Origin: Octopus bimaculoides
Taxonomy: Eukaryota
Length of the DNA stretch: 64,000 nt
Reading direction: 5' to 3'
Assembly: GCF_001194135.2 (NCBI RefSeq)
Contig: NC_068996.1
Coordinates: forward strand, 22,092,134 to 22,156,133
Shown here: positions 11,891 through 60,503 of the stretch, piece by piece
How positions within the stretch are numbered: the first letter of the stretch is position 1
Layout: every line of letters begins with the position of its first letter
The notes under the pieces: generated by a model
What the model was told of the DNA's origin: nothing
The model's database searches: none
The model's input: the letters and a program-made list of their open reading frames with translations, nothing else
Position numbers and translations under genes: made by a program

Positions 11891-12523
11891 GCACACACGT
11901 GTGTATGCATGTGTGTGTATCATCATCTTTTAATGCCTGTCTCCCATGCTAGCATAGGTTGGACAGTTTGTATCCGATAGGTTTGAACACTGCGTCATAC
12001 TCCATTGTCTGCTTTGGCATAGATTCTATGACTGGATGCCATTACTAACACCAATTATAGAATATATTAGATACCTTTTTTTTTTTGTTTATAGTACCAA
12101 CACTAGTGACAACACCATATAGCTTGCAAGACTAAGATCCGTTTTGACTGAGCAGAGTCGGAGACACCATTTTACTTGGTAATGTAAAGTATGAAAGAAA
12201 GAGTAAAAACAGATTTCTGGTGGTAGCGGAGGTACATGACTACCTCCAATTATACAAGAGTGGGTGGGAATAGTTGGGATAGAGCTGGAAAGAGTTGAGT
12301 TGGTGATAGTGATAACGTGTCAGGGTGAGTTTTGGGAACAGAAAGTGAGTGAGTAGGGGTTGCAAGAGTGTGGAGAGAGTGAGAGATAGGTTAATGGTGG
12401 GGTGAGCAAATATACAGAATGAAGAACAAGATTGAGGGAGAGAGGGTCCGATAAATATGATTTGGATGGAAAGTAGGGTTGAGAGGTGTACATACTAAAT
12501 GATGAAGAAATATAGAAGAGTAA

Positions 12524-12894
12524 TGTTGTTGGCACTCCGTCACTTACGACGTCGAGGGTTCCAGTTGATCCGATCAACGGAACAACCTGCTCGTGAAATT
12601 AACGTGCAAGTGGCTGAGCACTCCACAGACACGTGTACCCTTAACGTAGTTCTCGGGGATATTCAGCGTGACACAGTGTGACAAGGCTGACCCTTTGAAT
12701 TACAGGCACAACAGAAACAGGAAGGAAGAGTGAGAGAAAGTTGTGGTGAAAGAGTACAGCAAGGTTCGCCACCATCCCATGCCGGAGCCTCGTGGAGTTT
12801 TTAGGTGTTTTCGCTCAATAAGCACTCACAACGCCAGGTCTGAGAATCGAAACCGCGAGTCCGCTGCCCTAACCACTGGGCCATTGCGCCTCCA
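12524..12894 (-). mobile_element. tRNA-derived SINE, family A
   Basis: Reverse-complement copy of the 879-1250 element. Confidence 0.88.
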
Positions 12895-13520
12895 CAGCAA
12901 TATCAGTGTACATGTGTGACAATGTGCAAATGTGCTGAGGAAAAAGTTGGGCATAAGACAAATCAGATGTAGCATGCAAGAGAGATGGCTATGATGGTTT
13001 GGACATTTAGCTATATAAAGAAGTGTTCACTTATAGTGAATGGCACCTGTGGAATATGGAGACTCAGGAAGACATAGGATGAAATAGTGAGGGCCAATCT
13101 CAAGATGTTGAACTTCACAGAGGAGATGACAATGGACCAAGATGTCTAGCATTATGAGGTCCTTGGAAAGACCTCCCCACCACCTCAGCAAAACTGAGTT
13201 AAGGAAGTGCTGTGTATCCCACCTACATGTAACATTAATTCACACACCCCATACCCCAGTGAACTAAACTACATCTCATCTTGCACTATGCTTGTCTCTC
13301 CCTCTCCACTCTTGCAGCCGAATGCTCTATGTCATCTCTTTCTTCTGTCACTTCCCAATATATACCCATATTTCACCACTCACTGTAATTCCTTTTCCCT
13401 TCCCTCTCCCCTTTTGCGCTCCTGAACTCCCTGCTCACTTACCCTGTTCCATCTTCTACCACTTCATTTACATTCACCTCCTTGTACTTTGAGGGTACAC
13501 TCTGGCACATCACTACCATC
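12895..13520 (+). mobile_element. Old RTE LINE 3' end remnant
   Basis: Degenerate LRKKLGIR..RCSMQER..GTCG..RKT motifs followed by a pyrimidine-rich 3' UTR similar to 6640-6810. Confidence 0.6.
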
Positions 13521-13552
<32 letters not shown>

Positions 13553-13754
13553 CCTCTAACTCTAGTAACTATATCTCCTCTATAGCATGTTTCTGTCCTC
13601 CAATTATACTTTAACCTCTCATCACCTGACACAAAGCCACTTTCCTCAATACCAAAACTCATCTCACTTGAGAGATTTTTGTCTTGCAAGTTACCTGATG
13701 GCCTTGCCAGTGCTGGTGCCATGTATATGTGAATATATATATACATGCATGTGT

Positions 13755-14142
13755 TGTTGTTGTTGGCACTCCGTCGCTTACGACGTCGAGGGTCCCAGTT
13801 GATCCCATCAACGGAACAGCCTGCTCGTGAAATTAACGTGCAAGTGGCTGAGCACTCCACAGACACGTGTACCTTTAACGTAGTTCTTGGGAGATATTCA
13901 GCGTGACACAAGGTGTGACAAGGCTGACCCTTTGAATTACAGGCACAACAGAAACAGGAAGTAAGAGTGAGAGAAATTGTGGTGAAAGAGTACAGCAGGG
14001 TTCGCCTCCACCCCCTGCCGGAGCCTCGTGGAGCTTTAGGTGTTTTCGCTCAATAAACACTCACAACGCCGAGTCTGCGAATCGAAACTGCAATCTTATT
14101 ACCGCGAGTCCATTGCCCTAACCATTTGGCTATTGCGCCTCC
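13755..14142 (-). mobile_element. tRNA-derived SINE, family A, with 12-bp TSD
   Basis: Full-length copy flanked by acatgcatgtgt at 13743-13754 and 14143-14154. Confidence 0.9.
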
Positions 14143-14323
14143 ACATGCATGTGTATATGAATGTATATATACATTCATGTATACTTGATAGCGGCCAGCC
14201 ATGACTGGCCACTATCAGATTTTTCTGCAATATAAGGATGTTCTATCCTATTTATACTATTCAGCATTATTATTATGCGTTTGAGAGTAAAATATTTCCA
14301 TATCTATAGATTTCAATACATCT

Positions 14324-14358
<35 letters not shown>

Positions 14359-14399
14359 CAAACCTTGTTTGCATACATCATAACTTCACATTTATGAAT

Positions 14400-14548
14400 A
14401 TATACATTCATGTATATAAGAATGTGTATATATATATATTATACATGAATGTATATAAGAATGTATATATACATTCATGTATATAAGTATATATATATAT
14501 ATATATATATACACTAATATATATAAGAATGTGTATATATATACATTC

Positions 14549-14614
<66 letters not shown>

Positions 14615-14655
14615 TAATATATATAAGAATGTGTATATATATACATTCATGTATA

Positions 14656-14705
<50 letters not shown>

Positions 14706-14710
14706 CATGC
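14400..14710. repeat. Compound (TA)n satellite with tatacattcatgtatataagaatgtg units
   Basis: Repeated units are visible directly. Confidence 0.85.
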
Positions 14711-15237
14711 ATGTATCTATGAATGTATATGTACATGCACGTATAGACACACACATACCAATCTTCATTTGTTGATGATGATAGATATATGCATATAACA
14801 CACACTCTGCTTTCAGTGCCAGTTTTTTTACTACCATGCAACATTGCACTTTATATTTCAGCATCATACGCTCTTCTTTTCTCTGTCATGGGAAGAATCC
14901 CTTCACTGCTAGCAGAAGTAATGGACGCGTTTTTTATAATTCCATTTTTATTTTGGCAACTATGCTTTCGGAGCAAGCATCTCTACTGTTAAGTAGATCA
15001 CTCAGTAAGAAAAGCTAACAACTATTATATAGTCCAATAATTGAAGTACATTGTAGCTTCAAATTTTGTATCAAGCAAATGTTAACAATCAGATGATAGC
15101 AATGGACCTATTACTGAAATTTCATTTTACACACACACACACATATAAAAGCTTGGCTCTGTACTTAAGAAGTTTACTTCATTCACAATTACAGTCCCAC
15201 TATACAGCACCTTGAGCAAATACAATCTACAGTAGCC

Positions 15238-15690
15238 ATCATCATCATCATCGTTTAACGTTCGCTTTCCATGCTAGCATGGGTTGGATGATTTGACTGA
15301 GGACTGGCAAGCCAGAAGGCTGCACCAGGCTCCAATCTGATCTGGCAGAGTTTCTACAGTGGATGCCCTTCCTAACGCCAACCACTCCGAGAGTGCAGTG
15401 GGTGCTTTTACGTGCCAGTCACATGGTACTGGCAACGGCCACGCTCAAAAAGGTGCTTTTTATGTGCCACCTGCACGGGATCCAGTCCAGCAGCACTGGC
15501 AATGACCTCGCTTGAATGATTTTCTAACGTGCCACCGGCACAGGTGTTAGAAGGCAATGCTGGTAACGATTACGCTCTAATGGTGCTATTTACGGGCCAC
15601 TAGCATGGAAGCCAGACAGCTGCTCTGGCAATGAACACGCTCGACTGTGCTGTTAGTGCTCCACTGGCGCGGTGACCAGTCATTGGGTAT
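15238..15690 (-). mobile_element. RTE LINE 3' UTR copy with (GAT)n tail
   Basis: catcatcgtttaacg...gctagcatgggttgg signature plus internal ~65-bp units. Confidence 0.8.
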
Positions 15691-16092
15691 GAGCTCACAA
15701 AAAATTTTGTGAGAAAATTTGGTATAAGTGTGTGTATGTATGTGTTTCCTTGTCTGGACGTTGCACTCTAATTGTGCTTACAATTGTAAACAAACATAGT
15801 AGTGCTGGTTGACCCATTTTCTGTCCTCTGCATCCCAGGTCATTGTATTGTTTGATTTTGAAGGACTAAGGGAAATATTACCTTACTTGGAAACAGGTGA
15901 GGGCTGACAACAGAAAGTGCATCCAGCCTTAGAAAATCTGCTTCAACTAATATTATTTAACTAATGCAAGCAGGGAAAAATGGACTTTGAAATGATTTTG
16001 AGAGAGAGATACCTATGTAATAGTAAAGCCATGACGACAATATAATCAGTTTGTGTGTGAGCCATTAGGGAAAACTATGACTAATCTCTGAA

Positions 16093-16600
16093 GGCGTGAC
16101 TATGGTAAGAAGCTTGCTTCCAAACCACATGATTCTGGGTTGAGTCCCACTGTGGGACCCTGGTGAAATGTCTTCTACTATAGCTTTGAGTCGACCAAAG
16201 CCTGGTGAGTGGATTTGGTAGACGGAAACTGAAAGAAGCCTGTCAGTGTGTGCTTTTGGCGATTTCTGTTCCATCTTTGGACTTTTCCCTTTCTCTTTTC
16301 CAACGAAGTGCTAATGCATTTCTTGTGCACATCCTGAAGTTCGATTTTTTATTCGTTTTTTTCGTTTATTTAGATTGATTGTGTGTGCATATCTTTGTCC
16401 GCCCCCACCATCACTTGACAACCGATGTCGGTATGTTTACATCCCTGTACTTAGCAGTTTGGCAAAAGAGACTTGTACAATAACTACTAAGCTTACAAAG
16501 ATTAAGTCTTGGGGTTGATTTCTTCAACTAAAATCCCTTTGAGGCGGTACTCCAGCATGACCGTAGTCAAATGACTGGAACCAGTAAAAGAATGAAAGAA
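16093..16600 (+). mobile_element. SINE family B, near full length with an internal insert
   Basis: Same head and 3' body as 7673-8000, ending in gaatgaaagaa. Confidence 0.75.
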
Positions 16601-17464
16601 TATGTAGGCTATTTGGAAATATACAAATTTATTGAATTCTTTAAGATTTATAAAAAATAAGGAAACTGCAAATTGGGTTGAACAACATCAAAGAATAGAC
16701 ATGAGAAGTTACCTCTTGTGCACTGGGGCCTCCCCTACGCTTATAGATTTTCTTTATTGGTGGATATTATTTGGATCGATGTCAAATTGACGAGTGTTCT
16801 TACATGTAAACCTTCAACAGAATTTTGAAAGCAAGGGTTGTTGAAGCTTGTTAAATTTTTCCCAACCACATGTAATTTTCACCAGTTTATTTTCAAAAAA
16901 AAAAAACGTATTCATTTTATTTAGAGATTAATAATAAAGTTACATAATAACAACCAGGTGAAAATATTGAAATACTTCCTATGTGGTTGGAAGAAATTTA
17001 GCATCCTAATTATTTTCCTTAACGTCATTTCTTAACACAGTAATAATATGCTAATAAATATGTATATATATATATATATATTATGGACAAAATCCAAAAT
17101 TACAGGTAAAAACTCAATTAAAATCAATTTATAAAAAATCAAAATTAAATTGAGCGTTATAGATATATATATATATGTGATAGTGGATTTTCATCGATGA
17201 GTTCTTGAAACTTGGTTATTTTCCCTAAAACTATATATTTTATATATATATATATATATATAATTCAGCGGCGTGGAGGCAAAAGTTCTAAATTTACATT
17301 AGATGCCACATAAAAATCAATCAATATAATATACAATACAAAAGAAAATTGATAACGAGATTAGCAAAGATGTGATATTGATTTTCGCATGTTCGTGTGT
17401 GTTGAAGTGGTATCAAGGGATGAATATATTGGTTGTATAACTAAAATCCAATTATTTAAAATCA

Positions 17465-17650
17465 GTGAGCTGGCAGAATCGTTAGCTTGCCGGACAAAAT
17501 GCTAAGCATCTCATCCGTGCTTACGTTGGGAGTTCCAAATCCACCTTTGCGGGGTCGATAGAATACCTGTTAAGTACTTGGGTTGAAATAATCAACTAAC
17601 CGCCTCCCACAAAATTTTAGACCTTGTGCATATAGTAGAAAGGATTATTT
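17465..17650 (+). mobile_element. tRNA-derived SINE, family C (gagctggcagaatcg head); representative copy
   Basis: The same head and ctttgcctttcatcc...gataaaataagtacc body recur at 440-660, 1735-1890, 22921-23120 and 24610-24760 (-) and at 31470-31680, 40170-41010 and 51538-51760 (+). Confidence 0.7.
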
Positions 17651-17726
17651 AATCCACACTTTTAAGGAACATGATCGATATCACTATATACAAATGGTGG
17701 GAATCCAAAATTCAAAGCTGTTTGGT

Positions 17727-18123
17727 GGACGTCGGAGATATAGGTAGCACCAACAAGTTGGAATTTCTCCATTTTGTCGGAGATTTTTCAGATTCTTTTT
17801 TCGAGTTGCCCTTGTAAATGATCAACAGCATCTTTCAAAAAGAAAATTGTTTTCGAAAAATGTTTTTAACCTCTCCCCCACCCACCCTTTCCTCATCTCC
17901 TCCTCTCCGGACCGATTTTGTAGGCACTGCGCACTTAAAAACTACAGGAGAAACTTTTTGGTTAAAAAAAAAAAAAGGAAATATTTTCAGATGAAAAAGT
18001 GATTAAAGGGAAACTTGGCTGTTGTTTCTAGCATATCTCATAACCACCTTGTTTCTTTCTCACTCTGGACAAGTATTGAGGTTTTTCAATATTTTCTTCC
18101 CATTTGTCGCATTCTCATTTGTG

Positions 18124-18164
<41 letters not shown>

Positions 18165-18399
18165 TTGAAAATTATGATTTTTATCGGTCATGGGATATGC
18201 TAGAAACAGCCAAATCTCCCTTAAATCACACAAATTTGCATCTAAAAATATGCACTCTTTTTTTTTTTTACCGAAAAGGCTTCTATAGCTTTTTAAGTGC
18301 GTAGTGTAGTGTCCAAAAGTATCATCGTGCTTAGTAATCTGAAAACCCCCCATCAAAACGGAGAAATTCCAACTTGGTGCTTACCTATCTCCAACATCC
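17727..18399. mobile_element. Degenerate foldback element with nested inverted arms
   Basis: Three nested inverted pairs: 17727-17775 with 18352-18399, about 17925-17950 with 18281-18307, and about 17965-18045 with 18186-18268. Poly-T centre. Confidence 0.65.
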
Positions 18400-18820
18400 G
18401 CTTGATGTTTTATTGTTTATAAAATATTTCATACAGGCATGGTGATGTGGTTGAGCAACTTGCTTTCTCTATCTATGCTACTTTGAATTCAGTCCAACTA
18501 CTCAGCACTTTGGTTTCTTGAGTAGATATCTAGGAAGCAGTTACTGAAAGAAGCTCGTTATGTGTGTGTGTTTGTTTTATCACCGCTTGACAACCGGTGC
18601 TGGTTTGTTTACATCCTCGTAGCATCGATTCAGAAAAAGAAACCGATAGAATAAGTACCTAGCTTTAAAAATAAGTTCTGGGGTCGATTTGTTCGTTTAA
18701 AACCCTTCCAGGCTGTGACCCTACATTACCTCAGTCCAATGACCAAAACAAGACAAGACATAAAAACAGTAGTTAAGTCGGTTAAGTCTTATTAATCACA
18801 AGTTCCTTCCATTCTTAAAG

Positions 18821-19117
18821 CAGAGGTTTTCAAACTTTTTGACTTGCGGACCCCAATATATTTCAGGCTTTACCTTAGGGACCCCCTTATAAACGCTTAC
18901 GAAATTTACACATGAATATTTGCTTAAAATAACATATATTTTTACATTTATTTATTTAACAGTATTTAACAAATAGGTTTATTGTCAATTAAAAGATTTC
19001 GATTAAAAACCATGTATAAAATCAAATTGCCCATAAAAAGTATTTGCTGTCCACGGACCCCCTGTCTTGTCCTTGCGGACTCCCTGTGGTCCGGGGACCA
19101 CAGTTTGAAAACCCCTG
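18821..19117. mobile_element. hAT (Charlie-like) MITE
   Basis: TIRs CAGAGGTTTTCAAACT / AGTTTGAAAACCCCTG; perfect 8-bp TSD tcttaaag at 18813-18820 and 19118-19125. Confidence 0.92.
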
Positions 19118-20229
19118 TCTTAAAGTATCATTTACGCTATACATGTGGAACGCGCTGATGTCTGCAAAATTTTTCATAAATCTGCAATTCAGTTTAATTT
19201 TTGTGGCCACCGTTGTAAAATGATGATTTATTTGTAAATTGGGAGAAATGTAACATACCATGTCGATGTGGTCCCCTTTGTTTTCTAAAAGGAGATAGTT
19301 GTTTACATACAGATCAGACGATTTTACCAATAACAATGCCTTTTATATAATACATTTAAGATTTATTGATAGATATAACACTTTTGAATTTTGAATACTT
19401 GTTTCACCTGGCTTGATGTAATGAATTGATTGAGTGTGCATACCTTTATTTAGATAATTTATTTACGATTTTTTTTTCTCCCACATTTTCATATTGTTTA
19501 CTTTTGTAATTTACACCTTTTTTTAAAGTGTAAATAAAACAAAAACTAAAACAAAATTCTGATTGTCAACGTATTCTGTAAACATTAGGAATATGTTATT
19601 CAGTTTGGCTATCTTTGCATTTAGTTGTCTGTAGATTACAGACACATAATTTAACAATGTGTATGTCAGAGTTCTCGGTGGATTAGAATAAAATATTCTG
19701 TCTAACAATAACTAAGATTCGTATGTAACAATGTATGTATGTGAGAATGAATAAATATCTTCGTAGGAAAAAGAAGGCCGAAAAGACATTGCTGCTTCAA
19801 ACGAAAGAATGCCGAAAAAATAGCGGCAATAATAATTATTATTTCTCATTTAGGTACAAGGCCAGCAATTTTGAGGGCAGGGGCAAACGCTAGACTACTA
19901 TTTTGTTTCATTGACCTCAAAAGGATGAAGAGAATAATAATAATTTATTAACCACGAAGGGTTTACTTTAAGAAAAACATTAAGAACAGCAGAGGACAGA
20001 ACTTTGTGCGTGTGTGCATGTTTTTTGGTTTGAGAGTTTTGCATGTAATCATGTTTAAGAAAGAATAAATAAGGAGCAGTAATAAAATCTTAACAACAAG
20101 TATTCCTTGAGAGGGAGGAGATGTTCAAGGGCTGCTCATGGAAAAGCTCCATAAAACCACAGGTGCCCTGACTTCTGGGGCAGGTACCTTTTCTCAGTTC
20201 CTCATCTTCAGTTACAGGCATATGCTCAA

Positions 20230-21190
20230 GGCAAGTGCATTCCCTCACACCATGGTCTCCACTCTCCTCTACCTTTCAACAAAAGGACTTGAAGGCAACA
20301 CTTCCCTCTCCACCTTTATTTTCCTCTTGAAGAAGTTGATGAAAGATTGGCCAAATAGGAAAGTGTTTGTCCTCAATCACATCCACCATACAACCTCTTT
20401 TGTTGTATGGTGGCGCCCAGGCATATGAAAACTGCCTGCCCTTCCCTTTTAAAAGAAAACAGTGAGGCAGTCTTCATGATGGATTCAGTTGATAGCTAGA
20501 CCCATCCTACATGTGACATCAGATGTCCAACATGAACCTGCTGATCAGCAATGCTTGGACCCTGGACGAATGCATGCCAGATGGTTTTGTCACCCTGTGC
20601 ATATCACAGACATATTTGGCGGATTGCACTTCCATGCTTGTAGCACCACATGGTCAGGGATTCCTGGAAGTTATCCACTGGCCCTGGGTTAAACTTTCTC
20701 CAGAAGAGAGAGGCTAGTTGATCATCTTCAACACTAACCTATAGAATGCTAAAGTGGATTTTCCACTTATCACAATGCCCGGCTAAGGGATGTGAGCTCT
20801 TGAAGACATTCTACTTTCCAAGTGTTCTCTCTCAGTCTCTGCTTAACCCATGACTGCAACACTGTCAAGGAGACAAGCTGAGGAAACACATCTGCCGAAT
20901 AGCAACCACACCTGTTCACCATCAAGGAAGTGCTGGAAATGTAACCTCAGCACATCATCAGCCAAGGCATAGCTATTCCACCATACAATGGGTGTTAACA
21001 GCAGATGGATTGCTTGACCAAAGGAACATGTCCTTTTCACAAGAAGCAAAAGAATATATGCTTCGGTGCAGTCATACAGGAACTAGGACAAGGCACAATA
21101 GTCAAGCAATAGCAGATGAGAGATAGAATGTACACATAGTCACTCCTGCTGGACCGTTTGTGGATGACTTCCTCTGGGCATATTTCTGGG
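20230..21190 (-). mobile_element. L1/Tx1-like LINE ORF2 C-terminal remnant
   Basis: Frameshifted minus-strand translation DNFQESL..W..QGDKTIWHAFVQ..LSTESIMK..GQSFINFF..KIKVEREVL, resembling the zf-RVT region of L1/Tx1 ORF2. Confidence 0.65.
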
Positions 21191-21240
21191 TGATTATTAT
21201 TATCATTGTTGTTATTATTTTACTGGATAAATATTATGTT

Positions 21241-21889
21241 CATCATCATCACCGTTTAACATCCGCTGGTGTTTTTTACATGCTACCTGCACGGGAGCCA
21301 GTCCGGCGGCACTGACAATGACCACACTCGAATGCCGTTTTTCATGTGCCACCAGCACATGTGCTGATAAGGTGACGCTGGCAATGATCATGCTTGAATG
21401 GTGCTTTTTATGTGCCACTGGCACGGGAGCCAATCCGTGACCCTGGCAACGATCACACTCAGATGTGGTTTTAATGTTCCACTGGCGGTACTGTCATCGG
21501 CCACGTCAGTGATTTTGATTTGATTTCACTTGCCTCAATAGGTCATCACAAGCAAAGTTTATTGTCCAATGAATGAGGGGTATTCATAAGTGGACTGGTT
21601 ACACCCACTGGCATAGGCCATGGGCTATGGTCTCACTTGGCTTGTCGGGTCTTCTCAAGCACAGCATATCTCCAAAGGTCTTGGTCAGTAGTCATTGCCT
21701 CGATAAGGCCCTATGTTCGAAGGTCATGCTTCACCACTTCATCCCAGGTTTTCTTGGGTCTACCTCTTCCACAGGTTCCCTCATCTGCTAGGGTGTGACA
21801 CTTTTTCACACAGTTGTCCTCATTCATTTGCAACACATGACCATACCAGCACAGTCATCTCTTATGCACACCACATCTGATCCTTCTTA
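21241..21889 (-). mobile_element. RTE LINE 3' end (ORF2 C-terminus plus 3' UTR)
   Basis: WYGHVLQMNEDNCVKKC..GTCGRGRPKKTWDEVVKHDL followed by 3' UTR units and a (GAT)n tail. Confidence 0.85.
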
Positions 21890-22346
21890 AATCCAACTAT
21901 ATGTGTTCAATAGACTTGTGTAGTGTATATTTCAAGTTTGTATAGAGTGAACTAATGTTTAAGATGGAATTATTTTGTGATTGTGAAGAGAAACCCCTCA
22001 GCTTTTATGATACAGTTTTGGTCATCATGATTCTGTTAGGTGTTAACTGCTTATGCATGGAGATTAATGAAGCTAACTTTCTCGTGTATCCAATCATGTT
22101 AACATATAAGTTCAACAGTGCCTGGGCATCTGCACATTCTCAATGAACTGAAACTTCAATAACATCTTATAACAATGACCCTCTAATCCAATGTCGTTCA
22201 CCAAAACACAGACACTAAAAAAAGATCACAATGTTGTACTTCCTCTATATGTTAACACTACTTTCTATTATAGTGTTCATTTACTTGTCAAACTATGTCT
22301 TTAATATATGAAAACATTTTTTTCCTCTTTTACTTTAATTTCAGAA

Positions 22347-58507
<36,161 letters not shown>

Positions 58508-59357
58508 GTAAGTTAATTTAATTTTTTATTTTTTTTTATTTTTTTTACTTATGATGCTGTATAACCCTAGGTCAGTCTTGAACCATAAGCATCCTGTCTT
58601 TCCCTCTTTCTTTACACAGTGTGGTGTAACATAGCATTTTGCCTACAATTTCTAGGAGGTCAGTTAATCACATAAAAGCACTGTCAATATCTTGATAGCT
58701 ATCACTTGACAATTAAAATGTTATCTATTTCTTTGAAACACCACTTGCTCAGATGTATCCTCACCACAAACTAATCTCCAACTCATCTCAAACACACCTC
58801 TAATAATCATTCATCTCTTTTGATCAGAGAAAGAGACAGATAGTCAGACAGCAGCTTTGTGCTACTAATTAGATTTCTTCCTAATTAAACAAAGAAGGAA
58901 TGATAATTGAATTACAATTGGATGATACAAGTCATGTAAGGTTCTTTACTAATGTACAAGTAAGACAGATATACTTGGTAAGGTTTTGAACTGCTGGCTT
59001 AGTAGAGAAAGAAACGGTGAGAGCTAAGCTTCATTATGTTGACTTTGAGCTTATCCTTGATTATTAAATTAAAATATTTATTTCAAATGGCTGCGGTTCA
59101 AAACCTTCAATGGAACTGATATGCTGTGGGGAAAGCATATCAAGTTATATAAAATTTTGAACTTCACCAACTAAATAAGAATTTTTGCCAACACAAACCA
59201 CGTGTGACTGTGTGATTAAGAAGTTTACTTTCCAACCTTGCAGCCATGGGTTCAGTCCCACTGTGCAACATCTTGGGCAAGTTTCTTCTATTATAGCCCC
59301 AGGCTAACCAAAGCGTGTGAGTGGATTTGGTAGATGAAATCTGAAAGAAACCAGTTA

Positions 59358-59409
<52 letters not shown>

Positions 59410-59416
59410 TTATATA

Positions 59417-60272
59417 CAGGGTGCAATGGGTAAATTGTCACCATTTTATATTTTTAATTTCATGCGTTGTTTTCGAGTTTATCAATTATACAGTATAGTA
59501 GGGTCAGTTTGGCACTGTCTGGGAGAAAAACACCACCATGATGCAATTCACTCTGCCAGAAATTTGGAAACAACATGCTGTAACTGCTTGGCATTCACAC
59601 CGAAAGCTCCAATACGAACATTTCAGAGTGTTTGGGTGTCAATCTGAGGACTTGCCGTGTCCCCAAAACATGTACTGAGAGTGATAAAAATCAGACATTC
59701 AGTCAACTTCATGGTGTTTGGAGTGATCACTAGTGGTGGCCTCCATTCATCTTCCTACACAGTCTCAGACTCAACACCTACATCAAGTGTCTGGAGGAGG
59801 TAGTACTGCCTTGGGTCAAGAGGGTGGCTGCTGGAAGACCCTATGTCTGGCAACAGGACTCTGCACCATGCCACACAATTGTCTGACAGCCATGACTGGG
59901 TTATAGCTGTCAGACAATTTCTGCAACCACATCACCCCTAACATCTGGCTACCTAACTCCCCAGACTGCAACCCCTTTGATTATTATGTGTGGGGCACAG
60001 TTGAGCAAGAGACCAACAAAACTCCTTGTAACACCAAAGATGAACTGAAGGCAAGGGTTATGGCAGCATTCCCCAACTTAAACAAGGAGACTGTCCAGAA
60101 GAGTTGCAGGAGATTTCAAAGTTGTCTGGAGGCCATGGTTGAAGCCAATGACGATTTTGTTGAATAAATTTACTCTTTAGTATTTCAAGATATTTTTATG
60201 TAATTTTGGTAAATATATGTTACAATGAGATGTTAGTGTTATTTTCATTTTTGCCTACTTTAGACGACCTTG
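59417..60272 (+). mobile_element. Tc1/mariner maT-like (DD37D) transposon, internally deleted
   Basis: TA-CAGGGTG left end; YIKCLEEVVLPW..WQQDSAPCH..IWLPNSPDCNPFDYYVWG..LEAMVEAN; the right TIR is partly lost. Confidence 0.82.
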
Positions 60273-60296
60273 TATACACACACACACACACACACA

Positions 60297-60503
60297 CTGA
60301 AAAGTTCCTGGCTTTGGGTAAAAGAAAATACAGGAAGATCAGTTAATTATGATTTTATTCAACATGTTCCCCTCTCAGATTCACACACTTATTGCAGCAT
60401 TTCTTCAGTTTTCCTAAGCTCTGTAAAAGAACTCGGAAGGTTGGGACTCCAACCAGGCCTTTTGCGATACTTTTAAGGCCAGGAACTTTTCAGCACACCT
60501 TTG
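60297..60503. mobile_element. mariner-derived MITE
   Basis: ctgaaaagttcctggc / gccaggaacttttcag inverted ends; right end followed by TA. Confidence 0.75.

Noticed and set aside
14325-14357. A33 tract as the tail of a processed pseudogene
   Set aside because: No polyadenylation signal, TSD or recognisable upstream coding remnant; T-tracts of similar length occur at 18128 and 47548.
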